Shown here: piece after piece, positions 37,759 through 48,295 of the stretch
How positions within the stretch are numbered: position 1 is the first letter of the stretch
Layout of the letters: each line of letters opens with the position of its first letter
DNA from: a virus
Virus record (IMG/VR): IMGVR_UViG_3300025133_007837
Location: 32,001-96,000 of that record
Length of the DNA: 64,000 nucleotides
Strand: one strand, 5' to 3'
Notes under the pieces: model-generated
What the model was told of the DNA's origin: nothing
The model's input: only the letters and a program-made list of their open reading frames with translations
Databases searched by the model: none
Program-made: the position numbers and the translations under genes

Positions 37759-39579
37759 ATGGCACATTTTGTAAAATTACATACAGCGGGAATGAATCAA
37801 GAGATTCTATTCAACCTAGATACAGTAGTAAGCATTGAGCCTATGGGCGACAACTCAACGATAGTTACCCGATGGAGTCATCAGAATGTCAAAGAGAACC
37901 TAGATGAAATACAGAGACTATCTAAACATGGGCAAGGCGAAATGGTAGCAAAGTTTAACGATATTGGTTAAGATATTAGATATGACAGCATTACCAAAGG
38001 ATAAAGTCAACGCACAAAAAGAGTTCCCGCATTATGTCGATTGCACCAGCAAGCGTAGCTTCATTGGCGATATAAATGAACACGCTTTGTTTGCAGATGG
38101 ATTTGATAATGCGATTATTGGTTACGATGCCAGTAATTATTGTGTTGTTTACGACTACGATAAATGCCTCAAGGTTTTAACAGAGAAGGATAACATGAGT
38201 TATCCAGACGCGCATGAGTATATGGAATTTAATGTGGTAAGTGCGTATGTTGGAGACTTTACGCCGACATTTGTTCACTCGCTAACATAACCATGACATA
38301 CATAGTTGAATTTGAAGTGGACGGTGATTCAGTATCCTATACTGTAAAAGCGGATAATGTTCTTAATGCAGAGAAAGCGGCGAAAGAAAAATTGAAGAAG
38401 GACTGTAAGATCAGCAAGGGTCGAGGTTCTTCCGTTTCCTCTTGGAAAGTCAAAGATATAGAATACATACATGAGTAAAAAAGACTCAAAGTTAAATCGC
38501 TATACCGATATTGAATGTGAGGTATGCGGAGAGATCATACAAGGCAAGTGGGACTCTCAAGTTTACTTGGGGATGGAGACAGGAGAGTTGGATAAAAGCG
38601 GCATACATCGTTGGTTGATTTATGATAAGCATATCAAATGCTCTCCGAGTCGAGCGCAAAGGATCGTGCATTCAAAATATCCAACGGTCATTGATAAAAG
38701 ACCGCAATTTGATTGGCGACCAGAAGCAGACAACGCTTGGACAGATGAGATGCGTAGCAAGTGGAAGAAGGTTTATACCGAAGCATGGGTAAGGTTGCAG
38801 GAGAAGTACAACCCCTATTGGGAGTGTGAGGCGTAATTTTTAAAAATGTTTAAAAAATGAACGAACAAGAATGGTCAATCGAATATAGGAAACAGGGCAA
38901 CGAAGTTTATGTTGTTAGCTCGAAAGAAGGAATCTTTATTGGAGAAGGATACGAGAAAGAAGAAAGAAAGAGAACCCGTTTCCTAGCAGACATAATTGTT
39001 GAAGCCTTGAATAAAGCCGAGAACAAGCGACAAGACGAGAAGAACAGGGAAGGTTGGGTTTGTATCCATTGCGGCAAATCAACTTATGACAACGATACAG
39101 AACAACTCTTTTCGGCAATAGAGCATATCGGTTGTGCCTTAAAAGCGGAACAAGAAGCAAAGAAGGCGACAAAAGTTTGAGAGAGAAAAATTGTAGGTAT
39201 TAAACAAATGAATTTATTTAAAAATTTAAAAAAAGTTATAGCGTGGGCTTCGATCTGCATCTGGATTTCGATTTTCATTATCCTAATCTTGTCAAGCGGC
39301 TGTTCGACAACGAAGTGGTATCATCCCGAACATTACGAATGGGAAGCAGATGATTATGATTTTCCGCCCCATGAACGCATTGAAGGAGGCTGGAAGGCGA
39401 TACACAACTACTATGTCATAGACGCGAACGCCGATGTACCTGACGCTTATTTTGAAACAAAGAGCAAGGCTTTAACCTACCAGAAGGATTTCGCGGGGCA
39501 TCACGATTATGTTGTTGTAAAGATTGACAAGAAATACAATGTCTACAATATGGCAAAACCAATTAGCTTGACCCCATAA
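37759..39579 (+). other. run of six small hypothetical CDSs (37759-37971, 37964-38290, 38293-38478, 38471-38836, 38857-39180, 39208-39579; the last is a probable lipoprotein)
   Basis: Tightly packed same-strand ORFs; lipobox-like LSSGC in the last. Confidence 0.6.
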
Positions 39580-39626
39580 GATAACTCTTGACATTAGATT
39601 AAGTATCTTGTATAGTTAGGATAGAT

Positions 39627-40271
39627 ATGCTTACTACAAAAGGAAAAGAGTTTTTCGACTCAATCAAGCCAGAGGACGTTTGTCGCTACATGGAATACTG
39701 GCAGAGCGTTGCACCAAAGAGCGAGGAAGAACACTATCAGCGTTGGTTGTTTGCTTACATGAGCGTCCATACTTCTTGGAAAAGCAATGTGCGTGGATAC
39801 CAAGCAATCAAGCGTTTCAAGCAATGGGAAGGAGATAAGAACAAACTCCACTATAAGATTGAGAATGCTAGAGTTGGGTTCCAGAACCAGAGAACACGCT
39901 TCATCATGGACTTTAAAGAAAAGTTTTGGGGCAATGTTGATGACTTTCTGAATCGCAGCCAGAGGACTTGGACTGAATGGCGCGACCATCTTGTGAAAAA
40001 GATTCTTGGTTTAGGTAACGCAAAGACGAGCTTTGGCTTGGAGATGGCATTTCCAAACGAGGCAGAAGTTACTTGCATGGACACTCATCTGTTTAAGTTC
40101 TATGGACTCGACCAAACAAAGGATGCCAAGCAGTACAAAAGCATTGAAGCAGATTGGCTTAATCAATGCGAAGCAAAGCGAGTACCGTCCTATATCGCAC
40201 GGTGCATCTATTGGGATAAGAATCAAAACAAGCGTAACTCACGCTACTGGTCATACTGTTTAGAGAAATGA
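39627..40271 (+). CDS. HhH-GPD DNA glycosylase-like protein
   Basis: HhH LVKKILGLGNAKTSF followed by CMDTHL; own promoter at about 39588. Confidence 0.6.
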   Translation: MLTTKGKEFFDSIKPEDVCRYMEYWQSVAPKSEEEHYQRWLFAYMSVHTSWKSNVRGYQAIKRFKQWEGDKNKLHYKIENARVGFQNQRTRFIMDFKEKFWGNVDDFLNRSQRTWTEWRDHLVKKILGLGNAKTSFGLEMAFPNEAEVTCMDTHLFKFYGLDQTKDAKQYKSIEADWLNQCEAKRVPSYIARCIYWDKNQNKRNSRYWSYCLEK

Positions 40272-43200
40272 TACAAGACAATTATACTGGTATAGGACTG
40301 AAAGATTGGAATATAATTATTCAAAAGCAGGATCAACCTAGAGAAATTAAGGTTACTATTCATTCTAAAGATATACCAGAAATGAAAGAGGTTGACAATG
40401 TGATTCAATACCTTGGAGAAGAAGGTTTTCTTGATTACGAAGATGAACCCATACAAGAAGAAACAAAATTACAAGTAGGATATTTGCCAAAATATAAGTT
40501 CAAAGCACTAGAGACAATTATTAAAAAAAATATAACAAATCATGGATAGTCAACAAATAGCAGTAAATACATTAGAAGAAGCAATTGATAACATCGAAAC
40601 TCTGGACTTATCGTTCCTCTTTGGTGAAGCAAAAAGAGATGCTGAATACTCACTAAATGAAGTTATCATAGACTTGCAACATATCCAAACGATCTTCGAT
40701 GCAGGGCAAAATTAAAATACTTGAGTCAGACAACGAAGAAGTTGTCAAAAGCAAAAAAGTGTTTGAGGATGCAAATATACATTTCTCTGGACTTAATACG
40801 CATAGACTGACGATAAAGGCAAAAACAGAAATCGAATACACTTTTGAAATTGAGTTAGCTACTGTCGAGGCAAACTCACTTCTTTTCGATGGAGAACTAT
40901 GCAGCCCAAATTACAAAGATACAGAAGAACAAAGCGAAACGAGTTATGTTTCACTTCGATTCACTCCATTTTTAAAAAAGTTTTAAAAATGTTTTGATTA
41001 AACATTATTTTTACTATTTCACAGACAGTCTTGTAGCCTACACCAGTTGGCACATGAGTTGGAGAATTTGGAGCGAAGAAATAGGTAAAGATGAAGATGA
41101 CTATACACTAACAGGAATGCAAATGAACACGCACATGGGTACAATGTATTTAGGAAAAGCAGCAATACATTTAACAGAGAAAGAATACGAGCTTTTTGAA
41201 GAAGGTTCTTGACATTTGCCTCAGTATCTGATATCATAAGAACATGGATAACATCACAACACAAGTCTTTTGGGAAAAGAACGGTTTAGTAAAGCGCAAC
41301 CCAAACATTCACGATGACCAAATCTTTTCGAGATGCCCGACAAAAGATTTTCCGTATGATTCGGTTTCGGTTAGGATAAACAATCAATCGAAAGGCACGG
41401 CGACTGTATATTTTAAGGACGCAATTAAAACTCGTACTTATGGTTCTGGAAAGAATAAACAAAGCTACGATTATTGCGATTCCGAGATAAAGGTTACTAT
41501 GCCACTCAAATCAAATTTTAACGGTGAGGACTATAATTACTCAATGCAGGGTACTATACCTCAGAAATATGACCTAATTACTTTCTCTAGGGTTCTACAA
41601 TATGTGCGAGATGAACTTGAAGTAATGTCTGGCGCGTCATATAACATCCCTCGTATAACATGAGCTTAAAAGAAAGACATATAGTAGAAAACCGTATGAC
41701 AGCACAAGATCAAATCGACAAGTGGGTAATGGAAGCGACAAGCTCATACAACGATGGTTGGACGCAAAAACACTACCGCGACCTGTTACAAGAAGTTTAC
41801 GATAGGCTTAATCAATTAGAATTTATATTAAAAGATAAAAATGGCAAAGAAAGCAACTAGCGGCAAGGTTACATTTGGAACAAAGAGCAAGGGACGCAAA
41901 GGAATCCACTCTAAAAACAAACACTCTTGGAATAAAAACAGTAAGAATTATGTCAAATCATATAGAGGACAAGGACGATAAGATGACCATTACGGTTAAG
42001 AGAGGTGAAGAAACCATTTCTTTCGAGACTTCTCCTGACCTACATATCTCTGAATTTAGGGACTTGCTGATGCGATTGACAGCAGCAGTTGGCTATCAAG
42101 AAAGCAACATTGAGCAGTATTTCCTCCCTAAAGAAGAACGGGATACTCAATTTGCCAACGAAGCAACTGTTCAAAGTTTTCAGAAGGAGGCTTGCTCGAC
42201 GCAAGACATGGATGTTATCCATAACGATATACTAGCAAAGAATTACAAGAGTTTCACACATAAAGAGACTCCCTCTGTTGACATGGGCGGCAACTATACA
42301 CGCGACGATACTTTTGTATAAGAAATGGATTTAAAAAAATTAGAAGAAAAGATTAAAGAAGATATTGCTTTCTATTTGCTTGATGCGGATTGGCCTTTCC
42401 CAAAGAACATACAAGATCAGTTCTTCAGAATCATAACACAAAATTTTACAAGATTTATCATAGTAAACGAAGAAACAAACGAAGAAGATGAGAGGATAAA
42501 ATGAGGAAGATAGAAAAAATGTTAACAGTCGCAGTTTTAGCAGTAGTATTTGGTTGTTCGTATTATTCACTCTCGACTTTAAATCAACTCATGTCTCACC
42601 TAGATGACATTGAGAGGGTAGCAAGAATGGGAAATGGGTCTACTTTCCATATAGTCAAGAATGAAAATTAAATTACCTATCTATTGGGACTTCAAGAACC
42701 AAGAGGAAAGCGAAGTCATTGCAAATGTGCCTAATGAGTCAGTCAAGAAAGTGTTTATGGACTTCTTGATGCAAAAAGATTACCATGAAAGGCGAGAGTG
42801 GTTGGTTAAAAATGTACCAGAAATCAACTTGAACATACCAAAAGAACTTTTTTAAAAAAATTTAATTAAACTTATTTATGTCATTAAAAACATTATTGGA
42901 ATACCAGTTAGCATCGGGAGGTTGGGTAGATATACCATTTGAAACTATCCGAGAATATATCCTTGATGAAGTAAAAGCCAACCAATCGCATACGGCTATT
43001 TGCAGAGTGCTTGAAACAATTACGGGATACAGAGTCGATTCAACTGACGACCCAAACATCAAGAGAATTAGCTCAACATGAAACAGATTGTAGCGATACG
43101 GGAATCAATCCTCAATGCAGAGGACAAGAAAATGCTCAGTAGAATGACTCAGATTGCTGACATAATGGCAGAGCAACTTGACGAGATTCCAGAACGAACC

Positions 43201-43719
43201 AAGCGTAGATGGAAACTGGCTCAGAAACGCGCCGAGGCGCGGCTACAAAAAGAGAATGAGTCACGACAGGCCAAGGCTGAGAAAACGCCTCAGAAGGCAA
43301 ACAAGAAGCAAAGGAGCAAGAAGAAATGAGTTGGTTAGCATCAGCGGAAAGCTACGACAAAAAGAAGGAGCAACAACCTCTTTGGCATCAAATTGATAAA
43401 TGCGAGTGCGAGAAGATGGACGGCGAAAGACTATGCGATTGGTGCTACTCTTTGGACGAGAATGACCGTCAGGAAATGATGCACTCTAGCCCTTGCGACC
43501 TATTTTAAGATGACAGACTATTCCGAGGAAGAACAATACTGGAAACGAGAAAATGGAGAAGTAATCGCAGTCGGAGACATGAACGAGCATCACGCTAAAA
43601 ACGTGTTACGAAAGATGTTAAAGAAAAGCAGACAAAGAGGGTTAGATGCTCTGGAGATGCGAGACAAAATGAGGCTAATTAGTGGTATGTTAGAGGATAT
43701 TAGAAGCGAGTTACTATGA
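40268..43719 (+). other. run of small hypothetical CDSs (40268-40549, 40699-40986, 40994-41212, 41244-41663, 41660-41860, 41983-42321, 42661-42855, 42878-43081, 43078-43329, 43326-43508, 43510-43719)
   Basis: Packed same-strand ORFs with ATGA-type overlaps. Confidence 0.55.
41841..41981 (+). CDS. 46-aa basic peptide ending KSYRGQGR
   Basis: Hand-translated MAKKATSGKVTFGTKSKGRKGIHSKNKHSWNKNSKNYVKSYRGQGR; sits between neighbouring ORFs. Confidence 0.65.
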   Translation: MAKKATSGKVTFGTKSKGRKGIHSKNKHSWNKNSKNYVKSYRGQGR

Positions 43720-44318
43720 AGGAGAAGAAGCAGTTCGCGGCAATGAGTCGCCCAAAGAATAGCAACAGGGAGTGGAACTATATGTACTTTTGGGCGGCAA
43801 GCCAGAAGGAAGCAGAGGTTACATTTAAGGATTTAAAACCCTCCACAAGCCCATATATGGACTATAAATTAGAAAGGATACAAAAAAAGAAATGACTTGA
43901 CTTTTGCTGCACTTTTTGATATACTAATATACTGATACACAACGATTTACGACTTACTGATATATGAACCCTTTACTTTCTCACATATTACATACGGAAC
44001 ACAATTTGATTATATTTTTACTCTGTTTTATTATAGTAGGCTTTTATGTCTGCACCCATTACGAACATTGAACAAAGGATAGAATGGATATTAAGAACAA
44101 TACATATAAAGATTTATATTTAAATTTATTTAAGTTTATTTAAATTAGATTGGTTGTATCGCAAAGATATAATTGGAAATATAGCCGCCGATTTAAAAAA
44201 ATTTAAAAATTTAATTTAATACTTTTTACTCTTTATCTATTATGCTATTCAATACTACTCAACATATAAACAAACATATTAACTTATTTTTATTTATATT
44301 ATTATTTTATTATTTTGG

Positions 44319-44393
44319 CGCGGGGTAGCCAAGTGGTAAGGCGGGAGTCTGCAAAACTCTTACTCGTCGGTTCGATTCCGACCCTCGCGTCCA
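44319..44393 (+). tRNA. tRNA-Cys(GCA)
   Basis: Acceptor CGCGGGG/CCTCGCG, anticodon arm GGAGT-CTGCAAA-ACTCT, U73 discriminator, CCA. Confidence 0.9.
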
Positions 44394-44539
44394 TATTTGT
44401 GAATGAATCGCGGCGAAATACTTAGTCATATTTGTGAATGAATTGGCCCGAAATATTATCATGTAAATATAGCAGCTAACTAACAAAACAACATACAATT
44501 TTTAATTAAATTTATTTAAATTTTTTAATTTATTTTTAT

Positions 44540-44614
44540 AGGCCGGTAGCTCAATGGTAGAGCAGTAGCCTTTTAAGCTATTGGTTGAGGGTTCGATCCC
44601 CTCCCGACCTACCA
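44540..44614 (+). tRNA. tRNA-Lys(TTT)
   Basis: Anticodon arm GTAGC-CTTTTAA-GCTAT, GGTTCGATCCC, CCA. Confidence 0.9.
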
Positions 44615-44852
44615 TATTTGTGAATGGTTTTTTCCGTAATATTATAAGTGAACGAGCTAATGCCAAATATTATAGCCGCCGCCTATAACGTGACACTTTT
44701 AAAAGAAATCTAATAGCATCATTCTTTTATTAAAAAATTTTAAAATAAATTAAAATAAATCAAGTAATCTCAAACATAGTCAAATCAATCATTCTTTTAA
44801 TTAAATTTATTAATTCATTTTAATTCTTTTTTATGTTGACAAGTAGTTCAGC

Positions 44853-45137
44853 TTGTGCTATTATATATATATGTCAACGATGACCAGAAAGAAAGGATCG
44901 GGCCGAACTAAAGGCGCGACAAGCCTCATCGAAGTCAACCTACGAGAGCTTAACCGTGTCTTGCGCGAGGACGCTATCGTTATGGTTGGAAGGAAGTACG
45001 CCGAGCAACTCGGACTTCAGACAGGCAATCGTATCATATCTAATTATGCGAATGTGTCTGCCGCCGCGCCAGTTGAGGTCAAAGAGACTGCCCTTGAGGA
45101 AGAATCTCAGGTCGCAGTAAAAAGCATTGACTTTTAA
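44853..45137 (+). CDS. hypothetical protein (likely start ATG 44871)
   Basis: ORF after TTGACA-17-TATTAT. Confidence 0.6.
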   Translation: MCYYIYMSTMTRKKGSGRTKGATSLIEVNLRELNRVLREDAIVMVGRKYAEQLGLQTGNRIISNYANVSAAAPVEVKETALEEESQVAVKSIDF

Positions 45138-45161
45138 TCAAGTAACTGTTAAGATAGACTA

Positions 45162-46091
45162 ATGGATACGACTACATTCCCCGACATAATCGGGCAAGAA
45201 AGCGCGAAGCGTGTACTGGATTTCCATATTGGAGGATTCAAAGCTACTTCAGTAATGCCTCACCTCATGTTTGTCGCGCCCAAGGGTTGCGGCAAAACGA
45301 CGATGGCAAAGGCAGTTGCTCGTACACTCAAGGGTATTGACGATGCCAAACGGTACTTTGAGATTAACTGTTCTACGATTAAGAATGTAAAGCAGTTCTT
45401 TAATCAGTTGGTTATTCCATTGATGCAGGACAGGGACGCTACCATCCTCTTTGATGAGGCAAGTGAGATTCCCAAGGATGTTTCGATGGCCATGCTGACC
45501 ATCCTTAATCCAAACTCCGAGAATCGTACTTCGTTCTCCTTTGAGGACTATACGGTAGATTTTGATTTCAGTCGGCTATCGTTCATGTTCGCCACAACTG
45601 AAACTCAATCCGTATTTCATGCCTTGATGGACAGATTAGAGCGTGTTGATCTTGAGGAATACTCTATTGAGGAGATGGGACAGATAGTTGCCTTGAATCT
45701 CGACATAGACATTGATCCAAAAACATTACAGGATATCGCCTCTGTCTTGCGCGGCAATGCGAGAGCAGCACAAAAAATGGCTCATAAAATTGAGTCTTAT
45801 TGCAGTCAGAAAAAAGTTAAAAGATTTGATTCAACTCATTGGAAAGAATTGAGCAGAATCTTAAACATATTTGCACTTGGCTTAAATGTTACTGAAATCC
45901 AGTTGCTAAACATATTGAAAGATCACAAAGATTGTAGTCTTACTAATTTGTCTGCAAAAACTGGTATCAGCAAAGCAGCAATTCAAAGAGATTTTGAAAT
46001 CTACTTGCAGAAGCATTCTTTAATGGAGATAACAACTGCTGGAAGAAACATAACAGCAAAAGGTTTGGATTATTTAAAACTAATTGCTTGA
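45162..46091 (+). CDS. RuvB-like AAA+ ATPase (Holliday junction helicase homologue)
   Basis: FPDIIGQE, APKGCGKTT, LFDEA, FATTE, ALMDRL, RGNAR, C-terminal wHTH with TAGR. Confidence 0.8.
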   Translation: MDTTTFPDIIGQESAKRVLDFHIGGFKATSVMPHLMFVAPKGCGKTTMAKAVARTLKGIDDAKRYFEINCSTIKNVKQFFNQLVIPLMQDRDATILFDEASEIPKDVSMAMLTILNPNSENRTSFSFEDYTVDFDFSRLSFMFATTETQSVFHALMDRLERVDLEEYSIEEMGQIVALNLDIDIDPKTLQDIASVLRGNARAAQKMAHKIESYCSQKKVKRFDSTHWKELSRILNIFALGLNVTEIQLLNILKDHKDCSLTNLSAKTGISKAAIQRDFEIYLQKHSLMEITTAGRNITAKGLDYLKLIA

Positions 46092-46165
46092 CTTTGAGTT
46101 CAGGTACTGGTATAATTAAGAAGTAGTCAGGGAAAGGCCCAGACAAAAAAACAGACGAATAAATT

Positions 46166-46363
46166 ATGGGTATGCGCAATCATACATATAGGTTGGAGGT
46201 TCAACGCCAGACTGGCGGAGGCCTGAAAGTCGTGACCGCTGAACAGTTGGTCAAAATCAATCAACACTCTCATGCATATGAGACAGTTGATAAGGCGGCG
46301 TTTGCCGCTACCATGAACGGCCCCAAGGCCGCTCGACGCACGGTTCCGCGAAAACGGAGCTAG
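46166..46363 (+). CDS. hypothetical protein
   Basis: ORF after TTGACT-17-TATAAT at 46088. Confidence 0.6.
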   Translation: MGMRNHTYRLEVQRQTGGGLKVVTAEQLVKINQHSHAYETVDKAAFAATMNGPKAARRTVPRKRS

Positions 46364-46369
46364 GCGTTA

Positions 46370-46446
46370 GGAGACTTCGGCATGGTGCTGCGCGAGATGC
46401 GCGGACGGGGTTTGTAGGTTACCCTAGTGAAACACCGGAGTTCTCC
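46370..46446 (+). ncRNA. three-way-junction RNA motif, copy B
   Basis: stem-CATGGTG-stem(GAGAT loop)-AC-stem-TGAAACA-stem; same core as 48193-48279 with different paired stems. Confidence 0.7.
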
Positions 46447-46485
46447 CCCATTTCCCCCCCTGAGTAGTAGTTGATAGTTCATTCG

Positions 46486-46514
46486 TACCCCCGCTTCGGC
46501 GGGGGTATTTTTTT
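46486..46514 (+). terminator. intrinsic terminator closing the + strand block
   Basis: TACCCCCGC-TTCG-GCGGGGGTA followed by T7. Confidence 0.9.
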
Positions 46515-46587
46515 GTCCACTTTCCCCATTTTTTCCAAATAAGGCAAATAAAGGGCTATCTTATTATACTATAATCTTTTAGGATCC

Positions 46588-46663
46588 TTAAGTCACTGAC
46601 AGTCAACGAGTTACGGCGCGCGCCTCCCCCCCGCGCGTAACCTCTTGAGTACCAAAGACTTAC
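46588..46663 (-). repeat. 76-bp double-palindrome element, copy 1 (inverted relative to copies 2-8)
   Basis: TTAAGTCACTGACAGTCAACGAGTTAC + 22-bp C-rich spacer + GTAACCTCTTGAGTACCAAAGACTTAC. Confidence 0.9.
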
Positions 46664-46768
46664 GCCTCCCGTAAAACGAGAGGCGTGTCAAGCTTTTATT
46701 TAAAGGGAGGCAGGGGAGTAGTAACCGTGATAGTGCCCATCAAAGTCTCCCCCACCTCCCACGTGCCG

Positions 46769-47656
46769 CTAAGAGGTCACTAAGACATCGTCAGATTTGG
46801 TGACGGGCTTGCGAGTGAGCTTCGCAAAGAACGCCTTGTCCTTCGCTGCCTTCGTCAGCTTCTTGAGGATGGTCTCATTGACCTTGCTTGCGTATTCGTA
46901 CCGGTCGTTTTGCACGGCAGTACGATTCTTACCACTTGTCAGGTGCTGGGTTGCAGCATTATACAAGTTGTAGAGGTTCCGAGCCTCGTCCTCTTTGTAA
47001 GTGGGATTTATCCATATCTTGGAAATCTCCTCACGCAGAGAGTTGCTCAGTACCTTAGAATCACGTAGATTCTTGAGGATGAAATCCCCGATGGTGTTGT
47101 CGATCTTGGTCTCAGCTAAGAGACCGTAGTCTTCACCGATTGTATCGAATGCTGTTAGAGCAGAGTCGATAGCCCTAGACACTCCGCTCAGGTCGAGCTT
47201 GCTGGAGTGTTTCTGGTTGAAGGTGTACGTCGAGCGTAAAGCCTTCATGCCGTTGGTGCATACCTCGCGCAACGCTGCCAAGTCCAAGCCTGCGAAACAG
47301 GATCGGTCGTAGGAGTTGCGCCCTGTAATACGCATACCGACGGTATCGCCTACACCGGGAACAGCGATGTTCTTTCCGGGCAGGTCGTACGTTGCGTACA
47401 TGGTAGCACCATCACGCGCCACCCTGACTTCCTTGTTATAGTCTAAACCTTTGTCGGTTAAGACTGACTCGATAGAGTCAACCAAGGTTGAGTTTAGCAA
47501 CAAGCCATACTTGTCACTCGTTACACCTAGCACTTGGCCGGTGTCTGTCCTGCGCGTTCCCCAAAAGCCAGCATCGCTGCCGTCTTGGGTTTGCAGTTGC
47601 TCCATAACTACAGGGAAGTCGTAGTTGCCGCTTGTTGGTCTTGTTGTTCTTGCCAT
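46769..47656 (-). CDS. DUF932 / TIGR03299-like phage-plasmid protein
   Basis: RRTDTGQVLGVTSDKY, NSYD, REVCTNGM, KHS, NLYNLYNAAT. Confidence 0.8.
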   Translation of the reverse strand: MARTTRPTSGNYDFPVVMEQLQTQDGSDAGFWGTRRTDTGQVLGVTSDKYGLLLNSTLVDSIESVLTDKGLDYNKEVRVARDGATMYATYDLPGKNIAVPGVGDTVGMRITGRNSYDRSCFAGLDLAALREVCTNGMKALRSTYTFNQKHSSKLDLSGVSRAIDSALTAFDTIGEDYGLLAETKIDNTIGDFILKNLRDSKVLSNSLREEISKIWINPTYKEDEARNLYNLYNAATQHLTSGKNRTAVQNDRYEYASKVNETILKKLTKAAKDKAFFAKLTRKPVTKSDDVLVTS

Positions 47657-47694
47657 AACGTCTTTTTATATATTAACAGTTACTGTATTGAAAG

Positions 47695-47907
47695 TCAAGA
47701 TAATAATTCTTTTATTCGGTTAGCATTTAAAATTCCATCAAGCTCATGCTCAATTTCTTTAGCCAGCTTAACTTCTGATGGTTCATACAATTCGTGCCAC
47801 TTGATAATGGCCATGCATTTACCTTTTAGGCCAGCCACCTTGCAGCGTAAGGATAGGATTTTGTCTTGCGCTTCGTGTAGTTTCTTTAGGTTTTCTAACT
47901 CGCTCAT
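47695..47907 (-). CDS. hypothetical protein, leaderless
   Basis: TTGACT-17-TATAAT, then ATG 6 nt later. Confidence 0.65.
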   Translation of the reverse strand: MSELENLKKLHEAQDKILSLRCKVAGLKGKCMAIIKWHELYEPSEVKLAKEIEHELDGILNANRIKELLS

Positions 47908-47958
47908 GTCTTAATTATAACAGTAACTTTATTGAAAGTCAAGCTTTTAAATTTAAAT

Positions 47959-48018
47959 AGTTGGTGTCGATTAACGTCTGCAGCGGCTAACCGAAGGTGA
48001 GCTATTCCCGCACCAACT
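47959..48018 (-). ncRNA. candidate ~60-nt structured RNA with its own promoter
   Basis: TTGACT-17-TATACT at 48053-48025; ends pair AGTTGGTG/CACCAACT; internal hairpin; no ORF. Confidence 0.55.
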
Positions 48019-48070
48019 TTAATAAGTATAGCACATTCTGACGCTCAAGTCAAGCCTTAATAGTGATGTC

Positions 48071-48146
48071 TTAAGTCGTTGAGCATCAAGGACTTACGCG
48101 CGGGGGGGAGGCCGCGGCCGTAACTCTCTGATTACCAAGGACTTAC
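48071..48146 (+). repeat. 76-bp double-palindrome element, copy 2
   Basis: TTAAGTCGTTGAGCATCAAGGACTTAC-GCGCGGGGGGGAGGCCGCGGCC-GTAACTCTCTGATTACCAAGGACTTAC. Confidence 0.92.
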
Positions 48147-48151
48147 AAGAC

Positions 48152-48190
48152 AAAAAAAGGGCGAGGGGGGCGAAACAAAACCCCCCTCGC
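48152..48190 (-). terminator. intrinsic terminator
   Basis: GCGAGGGGGG/CCCCCCTCGC stem followed by T7 on the minus strand. Confidence 0.85.
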
Positions 48191-48192
48191 AT

Positions 48193-48279
48193 TCCGGGCA
48201 CGTGTGGCTGTTTCATGAGGCACCTGAACCGTCCACCTGTATCAGGATCTCCCTGATCACCATGGCCACTGAGCCCGGA
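48193..48279 (-). ncRNA. three-way-junction RNA motif, copy A
   Basis: GTGGC-CATGGTG-ATCAGG-GAGAT-CCTGAT-AC-AGGTG..TGCCT-CATGAAACA-GCCAC inside TCCGGGC/GCCCGGA. Confidence 0.7.
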
Positions 48280-48295
48280 TGGGTTCAGAAAAGCG

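Noticed and set aside
565-44498. Minus-strand ORFs antisense to the + strand genes (e.g. 3941-4297, 14427-14810, 36687-37184)
   Set aside because: Shadow frames of well-supported genes, with no recognisable motifs.
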